A stretch of 62,871 bases of DNA, the filler included, from Choristocarpus tenellus KU-1152 (lineage: Eukaryota > Protista > Phaeophyceae), in the NCBI GenBank assembly GCA_964200185.2. It is 12 parts of 12 records of this genome, joined end to end, with 100 filler letters (N's around TTAATTAATTAA, not from the genome) between each part and the next. Parts side by side here need not be neighbours in the genome. Positions count along the whole stretch, not along the records: positions 34,650 to 40,456 come from CAXNAD020009705.1; positions 40,557 to 50,351 come from CAXNAD020003385.1; 10 more parts are not named here. The stretch is one strand, 5' to 3'. This document shows positions 35,130 to 47,709 of this stretch, one piece after another (within the stretch, counting starts at the first letter, position 1; each line of letters begins with the position of its first letter). The position numbers and the translations under genes are program-made. The notes beneath the pieces were generated by a model. It was not told the origin of the DNA. It saw only the letters and a program-made list of their open reading frames with translations, and did no database searches.

Positions 35130-38100
35130 ATGGTGAGTTGTGCGCTGAGGCATTGCATCTATCTATCTACATATCTATTTGCTCAGAGAGATAGCATGCC
35201 TTATTGCTTTCTGTGGCTGTGAAGAGTTCTTTATGATCGAGTTTACGTTTTAGCGCCTTAATCCTCACCTTGTCTCTTCTCTTCAAACCCAGCGTCCTCT
35301 GTGTGCTCCGTCCCTCGTACCATGGACCTGCAGGGCCGCAAGAAAAAATTCATTGATAAGAAGGAGTCGTCAACCTTCCATGTGGTACACCGGTCCCAGC
35401 AGGATAAGACGAATGAGGGAGAATCCAAGGCATCAGAGTACGTGCTCATTCCATCACTGGTGAGTGAGATTGCAGTTGTGATCGACCTATTATTGGACCT
35501 AAACTAAACTGATCAAACTCTGGTGACTTACAGCAGCGATTGATTGTGCTTGTTAGATGTATTGCGTTCGAAGTTTGCCTCATTACGCACTCTTGAAAAC
35601 TGCTGTGGTTGATTCCATTCTGGCAACAGTCAGGCTTGGACTGGCTGAGGGTCTGCTGAGGTTCAAAACCCATACGAATTATATGGTGGAAGCACTCTGT
35701 TAAGATGGTATCCTCCTGCCGTCCCAATGGTTCTTTGAAATGCACGATGACAAAAAACTTGATTTGCTTACACATTTTCTAGTTGGCAATCCGTATGGAA
35801 TGGTGTGGTCCAGGATTTACACTCCCGCCATTACACATTTATATTGTATTGTTTCTGACCTATGGCAGAATAGAAAGGATGTGAAGACCACAGGGTTGGC
35901 AGGATCTGCTCGGATTGGAGAGGGACAAACTGGCCTTGTGGGTAGGGACCATATCAACGCCCTTGGGCTACCCAACGATGGGTACGACTATGAAAGTCAC
36001 CTCAAGACCATCGGTGAGCTAGATAGACATGTTGCGACTCAACGACGAAACTTGTTATCCTGGTTTAGGAAGGTCAAGAATTTAACCTTGCTTTAGAGTT
36101 ACTGTCTTACATAGTATCCTGGTCAATTGCACCCTCTTGCCCCTTGCCCGTTGTTCTCGCGACTGGCTGATGCAGTTCATCTAACCTTTCACATCATTGG
36201 CAGGCTCCTGTAGGTTTTTCATCTGACGATTGACCGTTTCTTGAATGTGGTTTGTTCCTTGATGCTATTCAGCACACTTTCCCCAACCTGTTCCCCTGGA
36301 CGCACAAGGGAGAATTTAAGCTTCTTACTTGATGCTTTTGCTTTCTGCTGGCATCTTGCGCTCATGACAGCATTCATTCTCCTCCAGTATGTGCCTCTAA
36401 CTAGCAATATTGTGACTAATCCTCCCACTCCTGACCAGGTGGAGGAACGTTTGTTTCGAGGTCTGGGCGTGTACAACACTCTGCGGGGACCAGTAGTAGG
36501 AGGGGGGAACAGGGAGGTGCAGCAGGGCTGCAGCTTCCTGAGGAGGCACTGCCCTCAGAGGAGTTGCTCGAACGCCAGCTGGAATCGGTGACCATTAGTG
36601 AAAGTGAGCAAACTATCCTATTGCTCTATCTCCAGCTCAGGGGCTGACTATTTGTATCACGGGGTGTCCTCTTTTTCTGTCGCAGCCCCTTAATGTCACA
36701 TGTTCAGGTCTTGGGAAGTGTATGGGGGTAAGTGGAGTGGAAAAAATCTTGCCTCCTGATCCTGCTTTACTCTGAGGCAAACTGTTTTCGTCGATATCTG
36801 GGAGGGTTCTGTGGTACTTGTGGGTAGTTCCAGTAATTTCATTATCTTTCTTGTGATATTGTCACTGACTTTGCATGGTACACAATAGCACAACTTCTTA
36901 AATGGTTCCTCCTTGTTTAAGGGCTTGGAGAGAGTGGCAATGTTTGTGATGAGGTCATTTCCCATTGATGTTATGTAGTGGCTGTCCTCTACACCATCTG
37001 AAAATATCTCGGCCCCTTTCTCCTCTTGACCCCCCTCCCTAATGTAACTGACAAGAGGTGATGGATGGTGATATGCAGCGTGCTTTGGCTATGGATTTGA
37101 GTGGATATGACTATGAGGAGGAGGATGCTGGAGAATTGGATGATGACTTTGTGCTCCAAGCTGCTGGGGATGGAGGGAGTGATGTGAGATGCTTCAGCTT
37201 GATATCTGAAATGTGTGTTGGGGTTGGGGTTGGAGTTGGGATTATTATTACATTGTTTTGAGCTACTGTTGCCTTTCCCATTGTGTCATTATATCCTGCA
37301 CGTAATCCTATCAAATTATACACTCTTGTGCCGATAGCTCACCTGTGAGATTGTAGGTGATTCTGTCTATTCCCAAACCCATAGAGCTATTGCATATATC
37401 CTAGTTGGGATGAACGAACTACTCGTCATGTTCTCAAAAAGAGTGACCCATCTCTTTAAGGGCTATCCCATTAAAACACCCTACTGCAGCTTGAACTCAT
37501 AGTTTATACATGTCCAAAAATATGTGTCCAAACATTTCTGCACTGTGAAAAATGGTGCATGGCAATTCCTTTGCAGGGGGAGTTTGACTTTGATGCGCAT
37601 GTTGCCAAGCTAATGGCTGCTAGTGCCCAGGAAACAGGACTTAGACAACGGACACAGGAGGATGATCTACCTATGTCTGGACTGGAACGTGTCCAGCATG
37701 ACAGTCTGCGAGGCAGGGACAATGATAGCAGCACCGGGAGCAGCAGTGGGGAGTTTAATGAAGCTTTACTTGAGGGACTTAGCCTTGAACCAGGGGGGGG
37801 GGTGGTGGTTGAGCATACAGAGGGCGAAGAAGCAAGAGGGGGTGTTGGTGATGAGGAGGGGGTTGCAGATAGGATGATGCTAGATGCGCAATTTGAGGCG
37901 GTAAGGATCAAATTTTTACTTCTCTCATTCATTCTTTGAATTTCATTAAATCACTGTGCACTCTTTTTTGTCAATATTGTATGAACATGTGTGATGTCTG
38001 AGGAAGCAGAAGATGCAGTGTAGATCCATCTCCCTGCGGAACACCTGTTGGACCAATAGCAGAACGCGAACATTTTTGTTGGTTTTTTTTTATTGGGTAC

Positions 38101-40370
38101 ACCGTACGAACGAGGTCACCGTACTTTTGCGTTGTAAGATCTTCCCTGTTGTTTGTCTTGACTCAGAGTGTGTTTGTCAGGTTTGTGTCATCACCTCTCT
38201 CTTTGCTTGATTTCTTTGGTACTACTGTGTATCAATCACTGTGTTATGTGGGTCTGTAAATGGTGTGTGAGGGGAGCTGCACTTACTCCCTAAAGTACTG
38301 AATGTGTAGTAATCAGGTTTTGATCTGTCTTTTTGGTATGAATCTTCATACCTTCGTTCCTTTTCCACATTGTGTGGTCTTGTCTGCTTTGGTGAACTTT
38401 CCATATGTTCCACAGACTCTCACTCCTCCCCAGGCCCATCTCTTCAACCCTTGGCCTGTTTCCTATCTGTTCCTGAGTTTCAGTTCATCACACTTCTCCT
38501 CTTTTTTGTATTTCTGGCTGATTCTGCTGCCACAATCAGACACTTGCTGGGTATGAGAGCGATGACTGGGGAGAGTTGGATGAGGATGATAACCGTGTGC
38601 ATGGGCAATGGTGAGTCACTGTAGGGGGTATGTTGTCCCTGCTGTGAGCTTGGAAGGGGTGGATCTAGTCGTTTGTGAGGTGTGAACGGTGCTGCACCTG
38701 ATGACTGCACACCTTGCTAAATGGGTACGTCTTTTTAGTCATGTAGGAATTAGAGACTGAATAGTATTGTGACTTCAGCCTTGTCTATTGGGTACTGTTA
38801 CAGTGTGTTGATCCGAACTTTCATCTGGTTTCCTGGGACTTGGGGTGCAAAACAGCACCTAAATATAGTAAATCGGGATTTTGTATTTGAGAGGATAGTG
38901 GTGTTTTCCTGGGACTTGGGGTGCAAAACGGCACCTAAATATAGTAAATCGGGATTGTGTATTTGAGAGGATAGTGGTGTAAACGCACATTGTGGTGGCT
39001 AAAAATGCAATTCAATATTGAGAGGGTTGTGACTTGGGACGTACCTTTGAGGAAAGTGATCATTGTTAGTTTCTGAGTCAAAGGCATGGCGTAGAAGTTC
39101 TTTGTTTGCCCACATTACGTCAGGGATAGGTGGTGATGTCACACCTCCCATCCCCTCATTTCATAACACAACAATCCCTCATATTCCACCATCTGGCTTA
39201 TTAATTTAGTAAGTTTCTTGCATCTTGAAATTTGGCACTATCTTCATTTGAATGGTATGACAGGGACCTTGAGCAACATGATTATGCTAACAAGGTAATG
39301 GATGAATTCCTCACTGAAAACAAGGATTGTGGATGGGTGGAGGGTGTAAAAAGGGCTGATCCCACAACACGAAATGCACTGGCATCCAGTCCAAGGGGTG
39401 TGGGCAGCTCAGATGGACTCGAGGAAGAGGCTAAGGCTGAAGTAGAGGATTATGATGGGGAGGAAGGAGATGAAATTCACGATGAGTTCATGCGCTTTGA
39501 GGAATCATTTGAGTATTTAAAGCGGAAGCAGGTGGGAAAATTTGGTCTGCATTGTTGTACATGGTGATAAGAGTGTGTGTGGTTATTGTATATTTTGTGC
39601 TCACAACGGACTGCTTTGTGTGGATTGGGTCATTGATGAGAGTGTTGATGGAGATATTGACTTGTTGTGAGGTTCTTGGTGTGGTAGAACCTGTCTCTTG
39701 TTCCTTTTTTACTGACTCTTCGACCCGTACTGAGTATCTGTCTGTGACATTGCATTATGTTGATTAGTTTAGATTAAAAAAAATCTTTCCCGCATGAAAT
39801 AGGATCAAGATAGACCCTCAAGCATGAAATTGAACTAAAAGTTGGTGCTTTTCCTGTAACCCTCAAGCAAAAAAAATTAATTCAATTTGTCACTCTCCTT
39901 GATTTATCTCCCTTGCCCTTTTCTACTCCTTCCATCAAAGCTATGTTCCTTTTCCATCAACCCTCCTAGCCCACTCACACCATAACTCCCTTCTGCCCAA
40001 TGAGCCTTCCATGCTTGGCCCCCATCTGTTTGTACCTAACTTCAACAAGCAACACTGTCTATCAGGAGGAGCGATGGGATTGTGATACAATTGTGAGCAC
40101 ATACTCCAACTTGGACAATCACCCATCTGTTCTTCGGATGGTAAAGCGAACAGGCAGTCGTTATGTTGACGGTGGTCATAGATCAGGTGAAGCGTCTCTT
40201 TTAGCCACATCAGGGTCTGGGCAAGGGGCAGTGGGGAAGGTACTGGCAAATGGAGGGGATCATGGGGAGGAGGATAGAGATGCTACTGGTGGTGAGGATG
40301 TACAGATTGAACTCTCCAACAGGACTGGACTGCCTGTGGGAATACTTCCGAGGAGAGAACACAACAAAGA
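35130..40370 (+). CDS. LTV1: LTV1 40S ribosome biogenesis factor, 3' partial; exons 35130-35132, 35334-35459, 35869-36013, 36439-36603, 37056-37183, 37577-37900, 38540-38610, 39264-39531, 40066-40370
   Basis: M|GRKKKFIDKKESSTFHVVHRSQQD, DGYDYESHLKTIG, ELDDDFVLQA, WDCDTIVSTYSNLDNHP and LSNRTGLP are LTV1 hallmark motifs; all phases are consistent. Confidence 0.93.
38829..38980. repeat. Near-perfect 76-bp tandem duplication in an LTV1 intron
   Basis: TTTCCTGGGACTTGGGGTGCAAAAC.GCACCTAAATATAGTAAATCGGGATT.TGTATTTGAGAGGATAGTGGTGT x2. Confidence 0.92.
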
Positions 40371-40384
40371 GTGAGTTACAGAGC

Positions 40385-40456
<72 letters not shown>

Positions 40457-41327
40457 NNNNNNNNNNNNNNNNNNNNNNNNNNNNNNNNNNNNNNNNNNNN
40501 TTAATTAATTAANNNNNNNNNNNNNNNNNNNNNNNNNNNNNNNNNNNNNNNNNNNNGAGAGAGATAAAAGGGAGGAGTGGATTGATGAGATTGGTTGGGG
40601 GGAGGCGGGGGGGGAGGAGGTTCAAGGAGATGAGTTCATCCTGTCGTATACAGATGTTCAGGGCTGTAGAGACCGGTTTCCAGTACCATGATGGCAGCAT
40701 AGAGGCCATCAAGTCTGTGCTTGGTCGGGCGAGATACGCTTGTTTGGTCCATGTCTAGGGTGCTTTTCCTAACACATTCTCGAAGGTAGGTAGAGCTAAA
40801 AACCAATTTAGTCCATGCAACGAAGTGTAGTAGCCAGACTTTTATTTTTTTTGACAACTTTCCTCTTTTATTTTTTTTGCAGTTGAAGAGAGAGGAGTTG
40901 CACGCAGCACAAATGCGTACGCCATGAGGGGTCCAGATAGCCTTGGTAGCAAGAACACGCCTCCACCTCCACCTTCACCTTCACGTACTATGTAACGGTC
41001 TTTTCCTACCTGCCGTTGCGTGCGCTCCGCTCAGAACAGTAATCCACTTACCGCAGTTCAAGTGCATTTCAATTGGGTCTGATAGGGGGAAGCAAACCTA
41101 CGCGCGGTACTCCCCTAGGACAGAGCCTGTGGGTCAGGGACAATACAAAAGACAGACACCCACAATAACAAAAAAAGGTATCAGTCGCCCTTCAAAAAGT
41201 ACACGCATGGGTCTCCTCAAGGGCAAAACTCCTTGAATGACCCCAATAATAAAGCGTTGACAAGTACAAGCAGGTGTGTGTTCCAAATGATGCCCAAGCA
41301 GGCACCCTGCCTCCACCACACATCCAC

Positions 41328-43480
41328 CTGGTCTCCCTAAGCAATTCCGACCAGATAATGGAATCAGGTGGGACCTCTGTCTCCCATGGATGGTAGACAT
41401 ACACCAATCCTGTGTCTGGGTCGCCCCTACTCTTATGCAGGTACAAGTGGTACCGGTACAGGTGGGGAAATATACGTTGCAACCAGAGACGTGCCTCAGA
41501 GTCCCTATGCAATTGTAGGATGGCAGAGACAGCAGCAGCACAGCAACAGTGGGGTGTACTATCAACAAGTGAAGAGGGAAAAAAGCTTGACTCACTTGAG
41601 TAAGGGCATGATGTGCATGGGTCTGTCTGTGGGGTGCTTACGGATTGTCGTCAACTTGCTAGGTAAGATTCTCTGTTGGTATTGAAATTGCTTGATCCTT
41701 ACTTGATGGGTTTGTTGCGATGGTGATGGTGGCAGAGGCAGGAATGGACACATGACTACCTGAGAGGGTCAAATGAGCCCATTGCCTAGTTATACATAGA
41801 GGGCACTATAGCTGATATCTTGGCAGGAATAGATGGAAAAGGGGTGATGATGTTGTCCCCGTACAGTCTGCACAGGATTTTCCTACATACAACCTGAGCC
41901 CTCTCATCTAATACATTTTATGCCCATCAACATAGACAGGTGTAAAAAGGTGTAGGAGACAAAGAGACAACACAGCAGAAACTGTATGCATTCTGTAAAC
42001 TGCTCTACCGCTAACATTTTTCTATATCACTGCTGTGATTGAATTGCCCGCAACAAATGCTCCTTCCAAGTATAAATCATAATAATAGAAATGGAAATAG
42101 CATCTTCGTGACCCTACACCACACACCCACACACACATACACACAATCGTAAATCTTTTGCATCAGGGGTAGGTCACACCTCAGAGAGAGCTCAAATATC
42201 TGCAGTGTCGTCTCAGCATGAAGTGGAAGTGCTGCTAGTCCGGATGTATTGTACGAGATCCTGTTGCCCCTCGCCCTGCCTATATTACCCCTCTCCCCAA
42301 CCATTGAAGGTCCACCCCAGCCTCCAGGGCCTGGTAATAATGTACCGCCCAAGTAGGGACTATCATACCCGGGAGAAAAGCGTACGCTAGGGACTAGGCC
42401 ATTCTCCCACTGGCTGCTGAAAATGGCCAACATCTCACTCTTGATGTTGGAGTGCACAGTGAGCCAAAGGAGTTGGACAAGGTGGTTGCAAGCGAGAAAG
42501 TGTATGTGTGTGTGAAGGGGACATGGGATCGGTGGTGAGCATCCAGGACATCTGGCGTAGAGTGTATTTGTCTCGTTAGCGTTTCGGCTATCCTGAGCAT
42601 CAGAACGTATTGTTGTCACTATGTGTGCTGCAACACCAGCCAGTGCTATACTGGAGGGAGTTTGTAAATGGCCTGAGTGACCATGACATTTGTAACACGT
42701 CAGTCCACAAGAAATTATACCTTAAGTATGACAAGTCAATAACATTCTCAATAAGCTGGAACTATAACGTGCATGCAATCAGGTATAGACTGCCAAACGG
42801 AACATTACTAACGTGTGTTGTACATGCTCTCCTCCTATACTCCTATACCTGCGCTCTTGCTTGGCTCAGGTGTGCCCAAGCCCAAGCCACCATGAGAGAG
42901 TCGGTGCTTGCCTGACAAAGTGGTTCAGGGATAGCAGCTTAGGGTCAAGGATAAACGTCAGGGCATTTTACTAGCTATTCTGTCAGACAGCGACATAATG
43001 TAATCGTATCTATTCGTACCAGACAAGTCGTCTATGACTTGGGTCCTGTGTCTACGCAGCTTGAAACGCAATCGCGATCCAGTAGCCACACACGCGCACA
43101 CTCAAGAGTATGCGGAGTTCGTTGCAATTCGTTGTTTCTATTGAAGAAGGCCTTGCGATGACCTAGGCAACTCCTTCCCAATACCACCCCTGTAGACTCT
43201 TTTCTGGTAGAGTGTTCGCAACAAATTCCCCGTTCGAATTTACCTGGTGAACATCCAAGTAAGGAGAAGGGATCGTAGCATGAAGCTCTTCTCGGAAATT
43301 GTCAAGGAGTAGATGGAAAGCGGACTGCAGGCGTCCGGCACTACAAGGGTGGAGGTGTGCGAGACAAGCAAAAAAAGTAGTCCAGCCCAGCAAGGTGATG
43401 CTCGTAAGAATAGTGCCGGCAAGTGTGTTGAATAACTTCCCCGAGCCGCGAATCCATCGCCACAACGTCCACATAGTCAT
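41328..43480 (-). CDS. GH63 / mannosylglycerate hydrolase (MGH1)-like glycoside hydrolase, 5' part; exons 43480-43244, 42911-42849, 42439-42180, 41504-~41328
   Basis: Spliced: hydrophobic leader, then TIPSPYLDVHQ|ASTDS...ARAQ|SEMLAIFSSQWENGLVP...PGPGGW...TSGLAALPLHA...HLYLHKSRGDPDTGLVYVYHPWE, collinear with the bacterial MGH1-like family. The last donor is uncertain. Confidence 0.75.
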
Positions 43481-43791
43481 GTTGGAATAGCTCCACTTCG
43501 TAAATACTCGCTGGATGGGATGAGGAATGCAAGAGATACGACCTCTAAAGTACCAACACACACTAAATATGGGGTTCAACTCAAGTATAATTCCCACCAT
43601 ATTATATATCTTCGATTGACATTCAAAATCAAACTTTGATTATGTTTTATACTTGGAAACAAAAGAGAAGTGAAAGTGTTTAACAACTAACTATCAACTT
43701 GGATTTATCTGTCACAGACATTAACCATGGTGGGGCAGATGGGGTTCCACCATTTCAAAGTAAAAAGGACAAGCGAGATTCACTTCTGATC
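43481..43791. promoter_or_regulatory. Probable bidirectional promoter between the GH63-like gene and PRPF31
   Basis: Head-to-head start codons with only 311 nt between them. Confidence 0.55.
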
Positions 43792-46700
43792 ATGGCGACA
43801 TTAGCGGATAGCTTCCTGGATGATCTGGATGAGCTGGGGGAGAGCTCTGGCGATGAGGAGGAGACTGGGCAGGAGGAAAGGGACGATGACTTGGGCAACG
43901 ATGGGATGGAGGTGAGGGCTCTTTCAATGCCTTCGTTGGATAGTGAAAGCTGCAATCTGCTTATGTACTGCCGACCTAGGCTTAAAAATATGGTGGTAGA
44001 TCATACGTTGAGGGGTTTTTCGAGCACCAATTGATGTCTTTATGTGCCTGAACTTGCGTCTGTTGCAACGGTCACTTGTTACTCGTATGACTTACTCCCC
44101 ATTGAACATTTCATATCCTGATAGTGCCATGAAAAACTAATGCAATGACCATTTTTTGGACAGGTAGACGAGGTACCGACTGGTAAGAGGACGGAGGTGA
44201 AGGCAGAGACAAGTACGGGCACAGATGTAGATAACACAACAGCTGCCCTGGAGCAAATAGGCACTCGCACAGTGGAGACCGTTGCCCTGCTGAGGAGGGG
44301 CGACAGGTTCCGGAGACATATGGTACGGTTTTTGCGCTTTTAATCTTGATTGGTGTGGTGAGACTGCTTGGCTGTTCGTAGCAGGAATCGCTGCATCGAT
44401 AGGCGCTTTTGTTCAAGGTTGTGTCACGACCTGGTCGTTTTTTTGTTCTCGAATGCATCATACTTGTAGGCATCATTGTCAGGGACCGAGTACGTGCTGT
44501 CCCAGGTCGCACCAATCGACTTAATGTCATTGCTGGAAGTTCAATTTGAAGATCGACCCCGGATTGGGAGGTTTGGGGGCGATTAGAAGGATGTCGTAAA
44601 CGCCTTCGGCTTTTGCATGGTAAAGGAGGTCAAGATGTGTGTGTATTTTTGTAACTTTTCTCTTCAACATAATGTTTTGTATTGTATTGTATTAAGTGTT
44701 AGCCATGAAACCTTAGATTAGGCGGATCTTCCAGAAGATTGCTAGAGTTGTACCTTAGTGTCTGTGACAATCACTGTTGTAATCTCTTAGCCTTGGACAA
44801 CCTCACCATATGTGGGTGCTGCTTTCGAAATAACCTGGTCCTGAGGGAGGCCTCTTTGTGAAGATTCCATGCCTGAGAACCCTTTGACATTGCTCTACGA
44901 ACGCTTCGCAATACATTATTATCACTGCAAGACCCAAGCTCACCTCCTCTCCATACCACCCCCTCCTCTTCCCCCCCCCTCCATTGCCCTATACGGACCT
45001 TGATGGATGTCTCCCTTTATGAAGGATGTCTCCCTTTATGAAGGGTTCTAACAAAGCGAAACAAACAGATACGATCGAAATGTGTAGCAATGATTTACAA
45101 TGGTTTAAAAAATGATCTTCCTTTCCTTATTGTGTAAGTGACATCAGTGAAAGCAACCTCTCGGTTCCAGCTCTTCCAACGTGCTTGCTCTTGCCCTTGC
45201 TTGTGCACTCCTTTGTTAACCTCCATCGATCCAGGCTGAAATCGAAGAGTGCTTGAAAGGGGAGACAGCACCCAGGTTAGGACCACTGGAAGATGACCCT
45301 GAGTACAAGCTAGTTGTTGCGAGCAATCAGCTTATTCAGGTATGTTGCTTTCTAGCATAACCCCCCCCCCTCCCCCCCCCGCCCCCAACACTATACTGTA
45401 ATTGACACAGCCAGCCAATCTTACACAGAAGGGGATCTTTGATGTTCACGTTATGGAGAGGTGAAGGTGGGAAAATCAAAATATATATTACTGATACATG
45501 TAATTTTAAAAATTTTAACTTCGAAGAAGAACAGTGATAAATGATGTACGTGTGTGTATGAGTACATAGCCCTAACCTACATCTGCTCCTGCATCTAATG
45601 TTGTTGTTTGAGGCAGCAGTGATGTTCTTCTGTTGTATTATTATGTAGCCATGGGACACCCGGCGCTAGGTTGAAAGCTGAATTTGGGACTGCTGAATGG
45701 GACGCTTTGCTTTTCGAGTTCATTCATATTTCTGGGAGGAAAATACTATGGGACTGCAAGGGGTGCAGCTGGACTGTCAGAGATTATAGAAACTGAAATA
45801 TTCCTGATCCCATGCACACCGATTCTGCCATGTAAATTAACGAGGGTACACCTTTTTGAGGCAACAATGAAAAATACATACATACATACATACATACATA
45901 CATACATACATACACACACACACATGCATACATACATGTATATATTTTATAAAATTTTACTGTGCATCTCGACAACTCTTCATTATACACCTTAACCCTA
46001 GCCCTGTAGGTCTGCACCTGGTGTCGCGAACAGGTATACCTCAGAAAAGAACATAAATAAGGTGAGTGTTAATGGTGGCGGTTGTCTTCATTTTTCGTGA
46101 AGTAGCCCCAACCCCACCGCTAGTCCTGCTGTTGTAGGATAGTGTGTTTCTTAGTGTCAGGGTGTTGATGCATGGGTGATTCCTATGTAGAGGATTGTTC
46201 GGAACAGACTGGGTTTCCGCTGTATCAACAACTTGAAAAGACTAGTATCATTTGTGCTCTTCTGTGTAGGGGCGAACTCTGCACCCACTGTCCAGAAAAC
46301 CCCTCTAAGGATAGAAGAAGGATCAGGTTTTTGAGAAGACCTTCTTTTGTGGTGATCTGTCAGTGAAAAGCCGTGAAGAACTGCTGCATTTTCATTTCAC
46401 GCTAGTTGTCCATCCACACTTTAAAAAAAAATAAAAGAAGAGAAATCCTGATGGTAGTGCATTACCATGGTTGAAGAAGGCCTCTTGTACAAATGGATTA
46501 CCATCGTTGTGCTCACTTTTCTCCTTCTGCCAAAAGACTTTTTTGTTTTTCAGGGTTGAACTTTGTGTAGTGGAGACCAGGTTCTTCTTTTCTGTGTGTA
46601 TATATATATACATGTGTTTTAAAAATATATATATTTATATGCTTTGAAACATACAGAAGGGACACAAGAATGTTTGTTATTTTTCAGTCTATTTCTAATG

Positions 46701-47672
46701 GAAGGCTCTATCTGGCGTTATTATTGAGAGTAGGCAGAACCTCCTCCCCTCCCTCCCCCCCTCCCCCACCCCCCCCAGCACCTTTTCGTATCCTACATCG
46801 CCTGCGGTGTACTACAACAAGTACAAGTAGTGTGCATGTGGCGGGGGATATTTTTTTTTTGATTTTCTCCTTGGCACAGCGTACCCTGATCTCTTTATCA
46901 ACCCAATAATCTCATTAAAATCTCTTTATCAACCCAATAATCTCATTAAAATCTCTTTATTAATTAATAGACCTTACACTCCCGTACCCCGATCAGTGTG
47001 CAGTAAAAATGAAAAAAAAGAAGTGTACTACACCGGTCGTTTATAAAAAGTAAAAATGAAAAAAAAAAGTCATTTTTTATTTTATTTTTTTTATTGGTAA
47101 AGAGACACCGATAACAGCCCAGCATGTACCCGTTCTGTCCTGGGGTTGCCCATAAGCCAGATGAAGGGGTTGAAACCTGTTGGTTTATGTTATGTATTAA
47201 TTATGTAGTGTGTTTGTAGGGTAATAAATGTGCTTGGGAAGGTTTCGATCATATTCGCTGGTATGTGTTTCAGAGTGGGGACTGGAACAATAGACAAGCG
47301 AGGGGGCTGTTTGAAAGGCATGGGACTGGGAAATGTATGTTTGTGTTGTGCCCGTCAGAACAGTACGGTAAATATCGGAGGGACAGGCTATTTTTTTTTT
47401 TTTTTAATGTTCTTGCTTTGGGTAAGGCGCTCTTATGCTTCTCTTTGCTTTTACATGCAGCAGTACATTATAATAGAGAGTAGTAATAGCGTATTGAAAT
47501 AGTAATACCGGAAAGGCTAATAAAAATTAAAATGAAGTAACAGTGAGACTGTAGATGGTAGTAACAATAGTGTATAACCGTTCTGATCTGCGATTGAGTG
47601 ACACGCGTACGTACACACAGAAAGCGCTCCAGCGACACTTGCATGGTGTAGGTAGGTCCAGATTTTTTTGTT

Positions 47673-47709
<37 letters not shown>

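Noticed and set aside
40387-40456. Poly-proline ORF tail
   Set aside because: Poly-C tract in an intron at a contig end; its length is unreliable.
40636-41000. Further exons of the GH63-like gene
   Set aside because: Several frames are possible and none shows a convincing family motif.
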